Assembly: GCA_963693095.2 (NCBI GenBank)
Contig: OY843768.1
Span: forward strand, 1,440,001 to 1,504,000
Length of the DNA stretch: 64,000 bases
Direction of reading: 5' to 3'
DNA from: Cenarchaeum sp.
GTDB taxonomy: Archaea; Thermoproteota; Nitrososphaeria; Nitrososphaerales; Nitrosopumilaceae
Shown here: positions 37,134-47,764 of the stretch, one piece after another
How the letters are laid out: every line of letters starts with the position of its first letter
Numbering within the stretch: the stretch's first letter is position 1
The notes under the pieces: generated by a model
What the model saw: only the letters and a program-made list of their open reading frames with translations
Database searches by the model: none
What the model was told of the DNA's origin: nothing
Position numbers and translations under genes: made by a program

Positions 37134-38408
37134 CTAGGGCCATATGCCGCGGTGCTCAAAGGCCTCGACGACCCTGCCCACGGCGAGAACCATGGCGGCC
37201 TTGCGCATGTCAATCTTGTGCTCTTTGGAGAGCGCGTGCGTGTCGTTGAACCCGCGCACAATGTGCTCCTCCATCTTTTTTGCGACCTCGTCAAAGGTCC
37301 AATAGTAGCCCATGTTGTTTTGGACCCACTCCATGTACGATATGCACACGCCGCCCGAGTTTGCGAGTATGTCCGGCACGACCATTATCTTTTTGGAGTG
37401 TATGACGGGATCCGCCTCGGGCAGCGTCGGGCCGTTGGCCGCCTCGCCTATTATCTTGCAGCGCAGGCGTGATGCGAGCTTTGCGTCGATCTGGTTCTCT
37501 AGTGCCGCAGGTATGAGAATGTCGCACTTTAGCGTAAGGAGATCTTCAGTCGATATCTTTTTGCTGCCCGGAAACCCGACGACTGTTCCCTTCTTTGCCT
37601 TCCAGTCCTCGATCTTTTCCATCTTTGCGCCACTCGGGATTGATATCGAGCCTCGGGAGTCACTCGCGCCAATGACAGTCGCGCCCTGCTTTTCAAGATA
37701 CTCGCCGGCAAACGTTGCGGCGTTTCCAAATCCCTGCAGGACGACAGTCGCGCCGCGCATTTTCACCTTGAGGACCTTTGCGGCCTCACGCACACAGTAT
37801 GCCGTGCCAAGGCCCGTGGCGACGTTGCGCGCAAGGGAGCCGCCCATTGGGATCGGCTTGCCCGTTATGACGCCGGGCAGCCGGCGGTTGCCGTTCATCT
37901 TTGAGAACGTGTCCATTATCTGCGTCATCTCGCGGCCAGTCGTGTACACGTCAGGTGCGGGGATGTCCTTTTCAGGACCGATGACCTCGGATATCGCGTA
38001 GGCGAACCCGCGCGTCAGGCGCTCCATCTCGCCGGTGCTGAGCTTTTCTTTTTTCGGGTTTACGAATATTGCGCCCTTGCCGCCGCCGAGCGGGACGTCA
38101 ACGACTGCGCACTTCCACGTCATCCATGACGAGAGCGCCATGACCTCGCGCTCCATGTACTCTGCGCCGCCGGCCGGATCAAAGTACCTGATGCCGCCCT
38201 TGTACGGACCCCTGTCGTTGTTGTGCTGTGAGCGAAATCCGACAAAGACGCGAATCTTGCCGTTGTCCATGCGAACCGGTATCTTTACGCGCACTAGGCG
38301 GTTTGGCATCGCAAGGTACTCGCGAAGGCCCTTGTCATTTATCCCAAGGACATCGCACGCGTCATTGACCTGTTTGGTCGCGTTCGCAAAGGGGTCAGCA
38401 CCGGCCAT
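37134..38408 (-). CDS. gdhA: Glutamate dehydrogenase (Glu/Leu/Phe/Val family)
   Basis: RGPYKGGIRY, MTWKCA, GGGKG, DIPAPDV, QGFGNA, EAANGP, PDILANSGGV. Confidence 0.95.
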   Translation of the reverse strand: MAGADPFANATKQVNDACDVLGINDKGLREYLAMPNRLVRVKIPVRMDNGKIRVFVGFRSQHNNDRGPYKGGIRYFDPAGGAEYMEREVMALSSWMTWKCAVVDVPLGGGKGAIFVNPKKEKLSTGEMERLTRGFAYAISEVIGPEKDIPAPDVYTTGREMTQIMDTFSKMNGNRRLPGVITGKPIPMGGSLARNVATGLGTAYCVREAAKVLKVKMRGATVVLQGFGNAATFAGEYLEKQGATVIGASDSRGSISIPSGAKMEKIEDWKAKKGTVVGFPGSKKISTEDLLTLKCDILIPAALENQIDAKLASRLRCKIIGEAANGPTLPEADPVIHSKKIMVVPDILANSGGVCISYMEWVQNNMGYYWTFDEVAKKMEEHIVRGFNDTHALSKEHKIDMRKAAMVLAVGRVVEAFEHRGIWP

Positions 38409-38650
38409 GCCTGCAGGCACGCCGTGAGGGCCGTGCATATTTAAGTCTGACATGGCCAAGTCGGCCAAAAATCCCGCATAGTCTGCCACTTTGTGCGCAA
38501 TGCGCCGTCTCTGGCGTTGACTGCCCTCCAGGACCTGCCCACGTGGGCCAGGGCCGCCCAGGCACATGCCCGCCCCTATGCGGCCCACGGCTCGCGCCCA
38601 CGCCTGTGGCACTTAGGCTTAAATTGACAAGATCCGGCCATTGCGCCATT

Positions 38651-39370
38651 ATGATGGGATCACGGGGATATGACATGACCCCCACAATGTACTCGCCAGA
38701 CGGCCGCATATACCAGGTCGAGTATGCGATCGAGACCGTAAAGCGCGGCACGCTCGCAGTCGGCATAAAGTGCGATGCGGGCATCGTCATGGCAGTCGAG
38801 GAGAAGCCCCGCGCGCTGCAGGCAAACGACATCACCCAAAAGATATTCAGGGTCGACGGCCACATCGGCGTTGCCGCGGCCGGATACATCCCTGATGCGC
38901 GCGTCCAGGTCGACAATGCAAGGATGTTCTCGCAGGGCAACCGCCTGACATATGACGAGTCCGTCGAGGTCGAGACGGTCGCAAAGCACCTCGCCGACCA
39001 GTGCCACCAGTTCACGCAGTATTCGGGGGTGCGGCCCTACGGCGTTGCGCTCATCGTCGCCGGCGTGGACCAAAAGGGCCAGTCGATATACGTGACTGAC
39101 CCGAGCGGGACGTACGTCCAGTACGCCGCAGTCGCCATAGGAGCCGGTGCCGAGGAGGTCAATGACTTTTTGGAAAAGCACTATTCGTCGTCGATGAGCA
39201 TGGAGGACGCCTCTGCCCTCGCAGTCGCCGCAATCAACCTAAAGTCCGAGACGCCAGACGGGACTGACCACATAAAGATGGCCCGCATCGTCAACGGTGG
39301 CGAGCTTGCCAGGGTCGAGAACAGCGAGCTCGGCGGCCACGCCGAGGCCTCTAGGCGCTTTGGGCACTAG
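38651..39370 (+). CDS. psmA: Proteasome subunit alpha
   Basis: YDMTPTMYSPDGRIYQVEYA, RPYGVALIVAG, TDPSG. Confidence 0.96.
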   Translation: MMGSRGYDMTPTMYSPDGRIYQVEYAIETVKRGTLAVGIKCDAGIVMAVEEKPRALQANDITQKIFRVDGHIGVAAAGYIPDARVQVDNARMFSQGNRLTYDESVEVETVAKHLADQCHQFTQYSGVRPYGVALIVAGVDQKGQSIYVTDPSGTYVQYAAVAIGAGAEEVNDFLEKHYSSSMSMEDASALAVAAINLKSETPDGTDHIKMARIVNGGELARVENSELGGHAEASRRFGH

Positions 39371-39397
39371 GGCACAGGTTCAAATTATGCGCCGCGC

Positions 39398-40099
39398 ATG
39401 GGCGGCTCGATGGGACTCGGTGGGGAATGGAACGACGTAATCGACGCGCTGCGCGAGATCATACCGGTATATGACAGGGTGAATCGCGCAATATCTCTGG
39501 GAACCGCCGAGCCCAACAGGAGGCGCGGCCTTGCCGGTCGCATTCACGCCGGCGACTCTGTGCTAGATGCGGGCTCTGGTTTTGGCAACATGTCGCGCGT
39601 CGCACTAGAGGAGTGCGATGGCAAGATGACGCTCACCCTGCATGACGCGCTAGTTCCCATGCTTCGCGCCGCCGGCGGGCGCCTCGGCGAACAGGTTGGG
39701 CGCTCGTGCGGCGTCTTTGAGGCCCTGCCCTATCGCGACGCGCAGTTTGACGTTGTCATGTGCGGCTATTCGCTGCGCGATGCGATAAGCCTAAGGACCG
39801 CAATATCCGAGATTCACCGCGTACTGCGCAAGGGCGGACGCCTCGTCATCGTCGACCTCGGCAAGCCCGACTCGGCGATCGTGCGCGCAGGCGTTGGCGC
39901 GTACCTGAGGGCGATTCTGCCCATAGTTGCGCTCTGCGCCGGCGGGCGCCTCGGCCTGCGCTTTGGAGCCCTATATGGGACGTACACGAGATGGCCGCGC
40001 AACTCGGAGCTGCGCAGGCTCCTCCTAGAGCGCTTTGAGCGCGTCGAGTTTGAGACGGGCCTCATGGGAGGCGCGATCATGGTCGCGGCGCACAAATGA
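39398..40099 (+). CDS. UbiE/MenG-like class I SAM methyltransferase
   Basis: YDRVNRAISLG, VLDAGSGFG, LPYRDAQFD, EIHRVLRKGG. Confidence 0.85.
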   Translation: MGGSMGLGGEWNDVIDALREIIPVYDRVNRAISLGTAEPNRRRGLAGRIHAGDSVLDAGSGFGNMSRVALEECDGKMTLTLHDALVPMLRAAGGRLGEQVGRSCGVFEALPYRDAQFDVVMCGYSLRDAISLRTAISEIHRVLRKGGRLVIVDLGKPDSAIVRAGVGAYLRAILPIVALCAGGRLGLRFGALYGTYTRWPRNSELRRLLLERFERVEFETGLMGGAIMVAAHK

Positions 40100-41262
40100 A
40101 CCGCGCGATCGCCCTAGTCAACGCGACTGGCATACTCATCGGCATAGCGTATGGCATGCACGGGCCAATACTGCCAGTCTTTGCGAGCACGACTATCGGC
40201 GCGTCATACGCCGAGCTGGGCCTCATCGGCCTCGCAAACTTTGTGCCATACATGTTTGTGCCGCTCCTCGTCGGCCTCCTTCTCGACAGGTTCAACAGTG
40301 CGCGCCTCCTTCTCGTCGGCATCGTCATAAACGCAACGGCGCTGTACCTGCTCTCGATCGCCGAGTCCGTGCCCGAGATAATGGCATACCGCGCAATGAC
40401 CGGAGTCGCGCACGCGTTCTTTTGGCCGCCGAGTGAGGCCATACTCTCAAAGTTCTCCCCCGGCGGGAGCCGTGTTGCGAACATATCGAGGTTCACCGGC
40501 CTCTTTGTCGGCGGCTTTACCATCGGCCCGCTAATCGCCTCGTTCATGCTAGCCGGAGCCGAGGGCGACGGCGAGGCGTACAGGACCGTCTTTGCCGTCG
40601 CGGCGTATGTGCTGGCCGCCGCGATGATCACGTCGATTCCGCTCTCGCGCGCTGACACGCGCGAAAAGATCCAAAAGTGGTCATTCGTCGCGTTTCGCCG
40701 GATTGCAAAGTTTCCAGAGGTCATCACGATGCTCCTCTACCTCACGGCGGCCTTTGGCATGATACTCACGATATACCCCGCGTTCCTCCACGAGCGCGGG
40801 ATTGGAGACATTGGGATCGGCATTCTCTTTTTCGTCTTTGGCGTCTCGCGCATAGTCTCGCTCTTTACGGCCGGCCGGCTAGCGCAGAGGAGGGGCCTTA
40901 CCATGAGCACGGTGACGGCGTCTATCGCCGGTGCGCTGCTCTTGTCGTTCTTTGCTGATGGCATGGTCGCCTTTGCCGCCTCGATGGTCCTCATGGGGTT
41001 TGGCTTTAGCATATTCTTCCCGCTCACGCTTGACATCGTCCTTGGCAAGGCAGGGCGCGGCGAGGAGGGCAGCATGATAGGCGTGTATGAGACGATATTT
41101 GGAATCGGCTGGGCCGCCGGACCCATCGCAGCAGGCCTCATATCGCAATACTGGGGCGGTGCGGCGCCCTATTTGGCGTTCTTTGCCGTCGGTGTCGCCG
41201 TTACTGCCATGTCCGTCATTCGTCGGCGCCAGCTCGAGCCGTCTAGGCGCGCGAATCCTTAA
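40096..41262 (+). CDS. MFS transporter
   Basis: ~12 hydrophobic helices, GLLLDRFNS motif A variant, GPxxA motifs; ATGA overlap with upstream gene. Confidence 0.9.
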   Translation: MNRAIALVNATGILIGIAYGMHGPILPVFASTTIGASYAELGLIGLANFVPYMFVPLLVGLLLDRFNSARLLLVGIVINATALYLLSIAESVPEIMAYRAMTGVAHAFFWPPSEAILSKFSPGGSRVANISRFTGLFVGGFTIGPLIASFMLAGAEGDGEAYRTVFAVAAYVLAAAMITSIPLSRADTREKIQKWSFVAFRRIAKFPEVITMLLYLTAAFGMILTIYPAFLHERGIGDIGIGILFFVFGVSRIVSLFTAGRLAQRRGLTMSTVTASIAGALLLSFFADGMVAFAASMVLMGFGFSIFFPLTLDIVLGKAGRGEEGSMIGVYETIFGIGWAAGPIAAGLISQYWGGAAPYLAFFAVGVAVTAMSVIRRRQLEPSRRANP

Positions 41263-41290
41263 TTTGGGAGGGCGCCCGGGGCGTGGACGC

Positions 41291-41626
41291 ATGGAGGGCA
41301 TTGTGCTCAACATTGGCGGGAGCGAGTGGGTTCTCATCGCGTTCGTCGCGCTCATCGTTCTCCTTGGAACGAACAGGCTGCCCGGCGTGGCGCGCCGGCT
41401 CGGAAAGCTAGCCGGCGAGTATGACAAGGCCAAAACGGAGATCCGCGGCCACGCCGAGGGCATGGGCGGCATGAGGCCCACGGCGGCAATGGGCACAGAG
41501 GCCGAAAAGCTTGACGCAATGGCCGCAACACTTGGCATAAAGCGCAACGGGCGGACTGATGAGGAGATGCGCAGGCTCATCTCCGAGGGCGTCGGCGGCA
41601 AGGCCGGTGGCAAGGCCGACGCCTAG
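41291..41626 (+). CDS. tatA: Twin-arginine translocase TatA/TatB family subunit
   Basis: IGGSEWVLIAFVALIVLLG..RLP..AR.LGK...EY.KA. Confidence 0.85.
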   Translation: MEGIVLNIGGSEWVLIAFVALIVLLGTNRLPGVARRLGKLAGEYDKAKTEIRGHAEGMGGMRPTAAMGTEAEKLDAMAATLGIKRNGRTDEEMRRLISEGVGGKAGGKADA

Positions 41627-42399
41627 GGCAGGTACTTGCCAGACTCTAGTCTGCCCTTTGCAAACTCGTAATACTCGGGGGCAACCTCAAAGCCGACATA
41701 GCGCCTCTTCATCAGGTTTGCAATGACTGCGACCTGCCCCGAGCCGAGGAACGGATCCATGACCACATCACCCTCGATGCTAGAGTGCTCGAGCATCTTT
41801 TCGACTAGCTCGCGCGGGAGCTTTGTTGGCGTCTTTTGCCTGCCCGTCCAGTATTCGCGCTTTATCTCCCACACGTCCTCCTTGTCGCGATAGTGCGCGC
41901 TGTGCCCGTCATCAGTCCGGTCACGCGGCCCGAATCGCGCAAATGGGTAAAAGCGGCGCCTTGATGCGCTTTTGCAGACATAGAGGCAGTGATAGTGCGA
42001 CGTGACGAACTTTTTTCTTGTGACTACGCCAAACTGGTACTTCCATATGATATGGTTTATCGTCACAAACCCCGTCTCATCGAGCGCAGTCAGCACGTCC
42101 TTTAGCCTGTTCCATCCCGAAAAGACGTACATGCTTGCAGTGTCGGCCATGACGCGGTGCGCCTGCTCCATCCATGACCGCGTAAAGCCCAGATAGTCAG
42201 CCGCGCTGATCTCGCTGTATCCCCTCATCACGCGCGAGTCGGTCCTGTTATAGTTGGCTCGCGATGGCGCAAAGTCTATCGCAAACGGCGGATCCGTGAT
42301 CACAAGGTCAACGCACGAGTCGGGCAGCCCTGCCATTCCGCGGACGCACTCAATGTTACGGATATGGGACTTGATTGCGGCGTGCGAGCGACGTGCCAT
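41623..42399 (-). CDS. Orphan N4-C/N6-A DNA methyltransferase (beta class)
   Basis: VDLVITDPPF precedes IIWK, PTKLP.EL and MDPFLGSG; no adjacent endonuclease. Confidence 0.9.
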   Translation of the reverse strand: MARRSHAAIKSHIRNIECVRGMAGLPDSCVDLVITDPPFAIDFAPSRANYNRTDSRVMRGYSEISAADYLGFTRSWMEQAHRVMADTASMYVFSGWNRLKDVLTALDETGFVTINHIIWKYQFGVVTRKKFVTSHYHCLYVCKSASRRRFYPFARFGPRDRTDDGHSAHYRDKEDVWEIKREYWTGRQKTPTKLPRELVEKMLEHSSIEGDVVMDPFLGSGQVAVIANLMKRRYVGFEVAPEYYEFAKGRLESGKYLP

Positions 42400-42479
42400 G
42401 CGTGGCGTGCGGGCGGCGTGCGCTATATCAACTAGGCGCGGACATCGTGCCTTTCCGCCTTTTCTTTCCGGGATCGCGC

Positions 42480-42668
42480 CTACTTTAGCGCGCGAGCCTT
42501 CTTTTTGACCGCGGTGAGCTCCTCGCGAAGGTGCCTCTTTAGGAGACGCTCGTGCGCCTTTTTGTGGGCGCGGAACGCCTTCATCAGGGTCCTGCTGGAG
42601 CCAGCCCGCTTGGCCGCCGCATTGTACCGCTTGTGTATCGCGGCGACCTGGCCAGTGTAGGTTGCCAT
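42480..42668 (-). CDS. Small basic helical hypothetical protein (62 aa)
   Basis: K/R/H-rich ORF with ATG, host codon usage and upstream AT-rich promoter-like tract. Confidence 0.65.
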   Translation of the reverse strand: MATYTGQVAAIHKRYNAAAKRAGSSRTLMKAFRAHKKAHERLLKRHLREELTAVKKKARALK

Positions 42669-42823
42669 GGATCGCGTGTGGTGTCATTTCGGATAAAAAT
42701 GCAGAATTGACCAAAATCGGCTCTGGGCAAATTAAAGCTGACTTGATTGGTGCGGACGTTCGCGTCGACTGTGGCCGCTGGCAGCACGACACACCAATAT
42801 GCCCACGTGCGCAGGGCCGTCGC

Positions 42824-45325
42824 ATGGCCTATGACTGTCCGGCATGCGGGGACGAGCTCAGCATTCACCGTTCTGCCAACGGCGCGATAGTCACGTGCGA
42901 CGCATGTGGTCTCGAGGAGACCGTCTCGCCGGCAGGCCGCGACGACGAGATATACCTGGAGATCTGCGTTCGCCATGACGAGGGCAAGACAGGCAAGCGA
43001 AAGGACGACTGGCGGGGTCGTGCCGAGGGCGTTGGCGAGGCCAGGGACCACGCCGAGATCGACGCGATGATCGGCGATGCAGACCCGCCTGATGATGTCA
43101 GAAAGGCGCTACACTCGCGGCGCGCATACCTTGCGCAGTACAGGCTGATGGCACAGGAAGACCCTGCGGCCGGAGCCGATGTCGGCTCGTCTGGCATTGA
43201 TGAGCGCATCGCAGGGCGCGTGCGCGAGCGCGGGATAGGGACGTTTTACAAATACCAGTCAGATGCCATGGAGCTCATACTGCGCGGCCGGAGCGTCGTC
43301 ATAGAGGCGCCGACGGCATTTGGCAAGACCGAGGCGTTCCTGATCCCCATTGCGCACCTCGCCGCTGCGATGGAGCGTGGTGCGGTTCGCGCGGTATTTG
43401 TCTATCCCACAAAGGCCCTTGCGCGAGACCAGCTTCCAAAGGTCGCAGCCATCGCAGTGGCAGTCGGCATGCGCGCGGCTATATTTGACGGTGACACCAA
43501 TGATGCCGATCGCAAGGCGATCCTCGCAGACCCGCCTGAGATGCTCATCACCAACTTTGACCTCCTCCACCACCAGATGTTCCGCCACGGGGGACTCGCA
43601 GAGCTCTTGCGCACGGCACGGTTTCTCGTAGTCGATGAGGCCCACGAGTACACTGGCGTGTTCGGCTCCAACGTGCATCACATCATCGCGCGCCTAAAGA
43701 GGCTGACTGGCCCCCTCCAGTGCGTCGCCGCATCGGCCACGCTGAACAACTCGGGGGAGTTTTGCTCTGCGCTCTTTGGCCAAGAGATGGACGCCGTCGT
43801 CGGAAGCGGGCGCCGTGCCGCAGTCGACTTTGCGATCATGGGCTCTGTCAGGGTTCCAAAGCGGCGCCTCATGGTCAGCCTCGCAAAGAGGATGAAGTCG
43901 TCCAAGCGCAAGACGATGATATTTGGCAACTCGCACCGCAACACCGAGCTCGTCGGCGCCGAGGCCAAAAACAGGATAGAGATAGACATACACCGCGGCG
44001 GCATGGACGCCGGACGGCTGCGCGACATTGAGGCGAGGTTTCGCACCGGTGAGCTAGACGCGATCTCGTGCACGTCCACGCTCGAGCTCGGAGTCGACAT
44101 TGGCGATGTCGACTGTGTCATATCCGAGGCGATTCCCTTTAGGAGGTTCATGCAGAGGATGGGCAGGGCGGGCCGCTCAGGCCGGCGCGGGTGCGCATTT
44201 CTTGTCCTCGGAGGCGACCCAATATCGCAGTACTATATGGCGCACCCCGAGGACTATGAGCACGACGAGGAGACGCCCCATATCGACGCCTCAAACGTGT
44301 ACGTCGAGGAGCACCAGACTGCAGCGACAGTCGCAGACAGGCCGCTCACGCGCGAGGAGGAGGCGGCGCGGCAGGGCGCAATAGGGCGCTGCATCGAGGA
44401 CGGCCTCCTCGAGCGAGTAGGCAAGGCGCTCCGCCTCACCGCCACGGGAAGGCGCAAGCTGGAGCGAGAGTACAGCATTCGCGGCATCGGCGGCTCGGTC
44501 ACGATACACATGGGGGGAAGAAAGGTCGGCCACCGCGAGATGCCGATCGCGCTAACGGAGCTGCACACCGATGCGGTGTACATGATGGGCGGCAGGTCAC
44601 ATGTGGTCAAGCGCCTCGGCTACCCGCGCTCGTGGCGCGCCGAGATAGAGCCGCTCCCGCAGGGCACGACGTCGCAGACCAGGGCGATAAGTGAGGACTG
44701 GCCGACGGTAAGGGGCACGATCGAGTCGCGCAGGTGCTTTGGCGCAGAGATCGAGTTCTGCGACCTTGTCATAAAAAAGGTCGTCACCGGATACGCGGTC
44801 CTAGACAGCGCAGATGCCCCAGAGGGCGAGAGGGTCAGCCTGCCAAGACCCCTGTCCTACACGTTTCCCACAAAGGGCATCAGGTTCTGCGCGCCGCTCC
44901 CCAAGACGGCCATGAAGTCAGGTGCTGACTCGGAGGGCATTGTGGCCGGCTCGTACCATGCCGCCGAGCACGTCATCATAGAGGGAAGCCGCATGGTGAC
45001 TGGCGCCTCGCCGACTGACCTTGGCGGCATGTCGATGGGCTCATCGGGGATGATCTACGTGTATGACGGCGCAGTCGGCGGGAGCGGCGCGAGTAGGGCG
45101 CTCTATGACCGCATGGAGCGCGCAGTCGTGCGCGCGCGCAACATTGTCGCCGGATGCCCGTGCGAGACTGTCTCCGGATGCCCACGCTGCACGCTCTCGT
45201 ACAGGTGCGGCAACAACAACCAGTGCCTCCACAAGGCCGGCGCGCTAGAGTCACTCACAAGGATGGCCAGCGGCGAGGAGACGACAGTATTTGACACTGA
45301 CGCGTCTAGCCGGCCCATAGTCTAG
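42824..45325 (+). CDS. DEAH-box helicase with C-terminal DUF1998 (Hrq1/MrfA/SftH type) and N-terminal Zn ribbon
   Basis: CPAC..CDAC; APTAFGKT, YPTKALARDQ, DEAH, SAT, TSTLELGVDIG, QRMGRAGR; HAAEH, YDGAVGGSG, CPC..GCPRC....C. Confidence 0.92.
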   Translation: MAYDCPACGDELSIHRSANGAIVTCDACGLEETVSPAGRDDEIYLEICVRHDEGKTGKRKDDWRGRAEGVGEARDHAEIDAMIGDADPPDDVRKALHSRRAYLAQYRLMAQEDPAAGADVGSSGIDERIAGRVRERGIGTFYKYQSDAMELILRGRSVVIEAPTAFGKTEAFLIPIAHLAAAMERGAVRAVFVYPTKALARDQLPKVAAIAVAVGMRAAIFDGDTNDADRKAILADPPEMLITNFDLLHHQMFRHGGLAELLRTARFLVVDEAHEYTGVFGSNVHHIIARLKRLTGPLQCVAASATLNNSGEFCSALFGQEMDAVVGSGRRAAVDFAIMGSVRVPKRRLMVSLAKRMKSSKRKTMIFGNSHRNTELVGAEAKNRIEIDIHRGGMDAGRLRDIEARFRTGELDAISCTSTLELGVDIGDVDCVISEAIPFRRFMQRMGRAGRSGRRGCAFLVLGGDPISQYYMAHPEDYEHDEETPHIDASNVYVEEHQTAATVADRPLTREEEAARQGAIGRCIEDGLLERVGKALRLTATGRRKLEREYSIRGIGGSVTIHMGGRKVGHREMPIALTELHTDAVYMMGGRSHVVKRLGYPRSWRAEIEPLPQGTTSQTRAISEDWPTVRGTIESRRCFGAEIEFCDLVIKKVVTGYAVLDSADAPEGERVSLPRPLSYTFPTKGIRFCAPLPKTAMKSGADSEGIVAGSYHAAEHVIIEGSRMVTGASPTDLGGMSMGSSGMIYVYDGAVGGSGASRALYDRMERAVVRARNIVAGCPCETVSGCPRCTLSYRCGNNNQCLHKAGALESLTRMASGEETTVFDTDASSRPIV

Positions 45326-45348
45326 TGTGCTGCGCCCTGTCGTGTGCG

Positions 45349-47589
45349 CTATTGGAGCGCGAGGGGTATCTTTGTCACATAGTCGTCCCCGTCAACTGGC
45401 GAGCGCGTGATGGCCGAGTCAGAGACCGTGTAGAGGCTCTGCCCTATGTAGAGCGACCTCGCAAAGTCAGTGTCCGTGTCATATGTATAGTCGTGGCCGA
45501 GGGACTGCATGAGGTCAAAGCCTGACTGCCCTATCCCGTACACGAGAAACGTGAACGTGCCGGCCTCGTCCTCTGTCGCCGAGAGCGTCTGCTCTATGGG
45601 TAGTCGAAGGTTATTTCCGCTTATCACGGGTATCGACATTATGGCATGCTCGCGCGAGACGAGGAGTGCCTTGTGCTCGTGCTCGGCCTGTGACCATGTC
45701 GCCCACGATCCCAGGACGATCGAGTCAGCCAGGCTCGGCTTCCGGATGTCAGATATGTCAAACATTGCTATCTTTAGGCCCTCCTCGCGGCCGATCCCGA
45801 TCACCGTGGACTCGTCATAAAAGTGCAGATAGTCCGAATAGCCCGGCATCTTTAGCTCTCCGAGTATCTCGGGATCATCGCCGGACAGGTCGATGACAAA
45901 GAACGGGTCTATCTGCCTGAACGTCACGAGGTACAGCCTGTCGCCGACAAAGCGCGCAGAATAGATGCTCTCATCAGGTGCGATCCCCGTGAGCGCGCCG
46001 GTGGGCTCGAGTGCCGAGTCGAGGACAAAGACGTTGTTGAACGTGTTGAGGCGCCCGTTGATCGTCGTCGCCACGCGCAGCTCGCCTGCGCGCTCGTCCA
46101 TCGAGAACTGGTTGAGCATGTGGCCGGGCACCGTCCCGCGCGCGGCGAGCTCAAAGTCCACGCCGTCGACGCCGATGCGGTATATCTCGGTGGCCTCGCT
46201 CGCAAGTCCCAGGTCCGTGGCGATCTTTGCGAGCTCCTGCGTTGCGGCCACGTCAATGCCCGCGCGCGCCGCCGCGCCGCCCCTGGCGTACGACTCGAGA
46301 ATGTCACCGAGGAGCGAGACGACTGCCTCCTCGTCGCCCTCCTCGACGGCATCAAGCCTCAAGGCCAGGTCGTCCCTGTCTGGCTCGTTGAGCAGGTCGA
46401 TTATCGAGCCGAGGAGCTGCGAGACGATATAGAACGCGGCCCACTCGTCGGTCCCGTGCGGCGATGCCGTCAGGTAGAGGCTCGTGTGCGACACGAATGT
46501 CGTGGACCGGGGATCCATGAGGAACGCCACCGAGTTTGCCTCGTCGGAGCCGATGTCAAATGCCATGACTGTGACTAGGTGCGGCGGATAGTCAGCAATC
46601 CCGTCCTCGTCAGCAGGCATGTACACGGGCGTCTTTTGGGCGATCCGGCCGTCAAGAAGGAGGGCCGGCACTGCGGGGTCGTCATAGTTGGGCATCTTTG
46701 AGGCCACGACGTACACGTGCTCGCCGATCATGCGGCCAGTATCTAGCCTGCCGGGGATCGTGAACTCGCGCACGGGCTCGGGAGAGTCCCTGTCAGAGAC
46801 GTCGAGGACGAGGGCGTGGGTCGTATAGTCGTCAATGCCGCCGGCCTGGTTGAACACGGAGAGAAAGTACAGGATGACTAGGCGGTCACCGTTGACGAGC
46901 ATGTCGTACTTTTGGACCAGCGGGGGCAAGTCGAGCTCCACCGTGGTCACGGCCCTGGCTGGGTTTGTCACCTGCGTGTCAACGATGGCTAGCGTGTTGT
47001 GCCTTAGCGCATAGATGTGCCTCCCGTCGCTCTTTACAAAGTCCGGCTCGTCCACGTCGACAACCTGGACGTTTGTAGTCGAGTATTTTGGCGCGGCGAT
47101 GGCAGTCACCTGGGGTGACGGAGCCGACGAGGCAGAAAAGGCAGAGTCAACGTCGGCCATCATTTCAGGGCTCTCAAAACTCCTAAACATGAAATCATCA
47201 TGCAGGTAATAATGTCCAAAGCGCGGTTGCTCATAGGTTGACAGAAACTCCACATACTCGTCAAATGAGAGCCTCACTAGTCCGGCACCGTTGTCTGATG
47301 CTCCCATGGTGGCCGGACGCGAGACGGCGGCCGGATCGCGCGTGGTCGGCTCCTTTGCCGGCGTGGCGGGATCTGCGGGCGGCGGGGTCGGCTCCACGGG
47401 ATCCGTCGGCAGAACAGACGGCATGGCAGGCTCGCCGGCCAAAGGCGGCTCGACGGGGCGCGGCTGCGGCATCGCCGGCGTTGGCTGTGCGATGCCGGGC
47501 GCATCAGAGGCCGCAAGGTAGATCGCCGAGCCGCCGATAACTGCAATTGCCACGAGTGCGGCCGCTAACGCCGGAGCCGTTGAGGCCAT
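45349..47589 (-). CDS. Membrane-anchored beta-propeller domain protein (Beta_propel type)
   Basis: N-terminal TM, Pro-rich linker, YSTTNVQV..VDEPDFVKSDG, LNQFSMDE, ESIYSARF, VTFRQIDPFFVIDL, LKMPGYSDYLH. Confidence 0.9.
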   Translation of the reverse strand: MASTAPALAAALVAIAVIGGSAIYLAASDAPGIAQPTPAMPQPRPVEPPLAGEPAMPSVLPTDPVEPTPPPADPATPAKEPTTRDPAAVSRPATMGASDNGAGLVRLSFDEYVEFLSTYEQPRFGHYYLHDDFMFRSFESPEMMADVDSAFSASSAPSPQVTAIAAPKYSTTNVQVVDVDEPDFVKSDGRHIYALRHNTLAIVDTQVTNPARAVTTVELDLPPLVQKYDMLVNGDRLVILYFLSVFNQAGGIDDYTTHALVLDVSDRDSPEPVREFTIPGRLDTGRMIGEHVYVVASKMPNYDDPAVPALLLDGRIAQKTPVYMPADEDGIADYPPHLVTVMAFDIGSDEANSVAFLMDPRSTTFVSHTSLYLTASPHGTDEWAAFYIVSQLLGSIIDLLNEPDRDDLALRLDAVEEGDEEAVVSLLGDILESYARGGAAARAGIDVAATQELAKIATDLGLASEATEIYRIGVDGVDFELAARGTVPGHMLNQFSMDERAGELRVATTINGRLNTFNNVFVLDSALEPTGALTGIAPDESIYSARFVGDRLYLVTFRQIDPFFVIDLSGDDPEILGELKMPGYSDYLHFYDESTVIGIGREEGLKIAMFDISDIRKPSLADSIVLGSWATWSQAEHEHKALLVSREHAIMSIPVISGNNLRLPIEQTLSATEDEAGTFTFLVYGIGQSGFDLMQSLGHDYTYDTDTDFARSLYIGQSLYTVSDSAITRSPVDGDDYVTKIPLALQ

Positions 47590-47764
47590 GTCGCACTAGA
47601 TCGCCTGAAATCTAATATACTTTATGTAATATCTGCGGCATGGCCGCTGGCCGGCCGACGCACCCTACATATTGAGGCCTGAAGCATGGCGCGTCGGCGG
47701 CGTGTCCGGCCATCGCAAACCTCCTGCAAGTCGTTTCGTGGCAGGACCGCTGCCAATGATAATT

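Noticed and set aside
42824-45325. Second DISARM system
   Set aside because: Fused helicase-DUF1998 with host composition matches the housekeeping Hrq1/MrfA type; no PLD or DrmA-type motifs nearby
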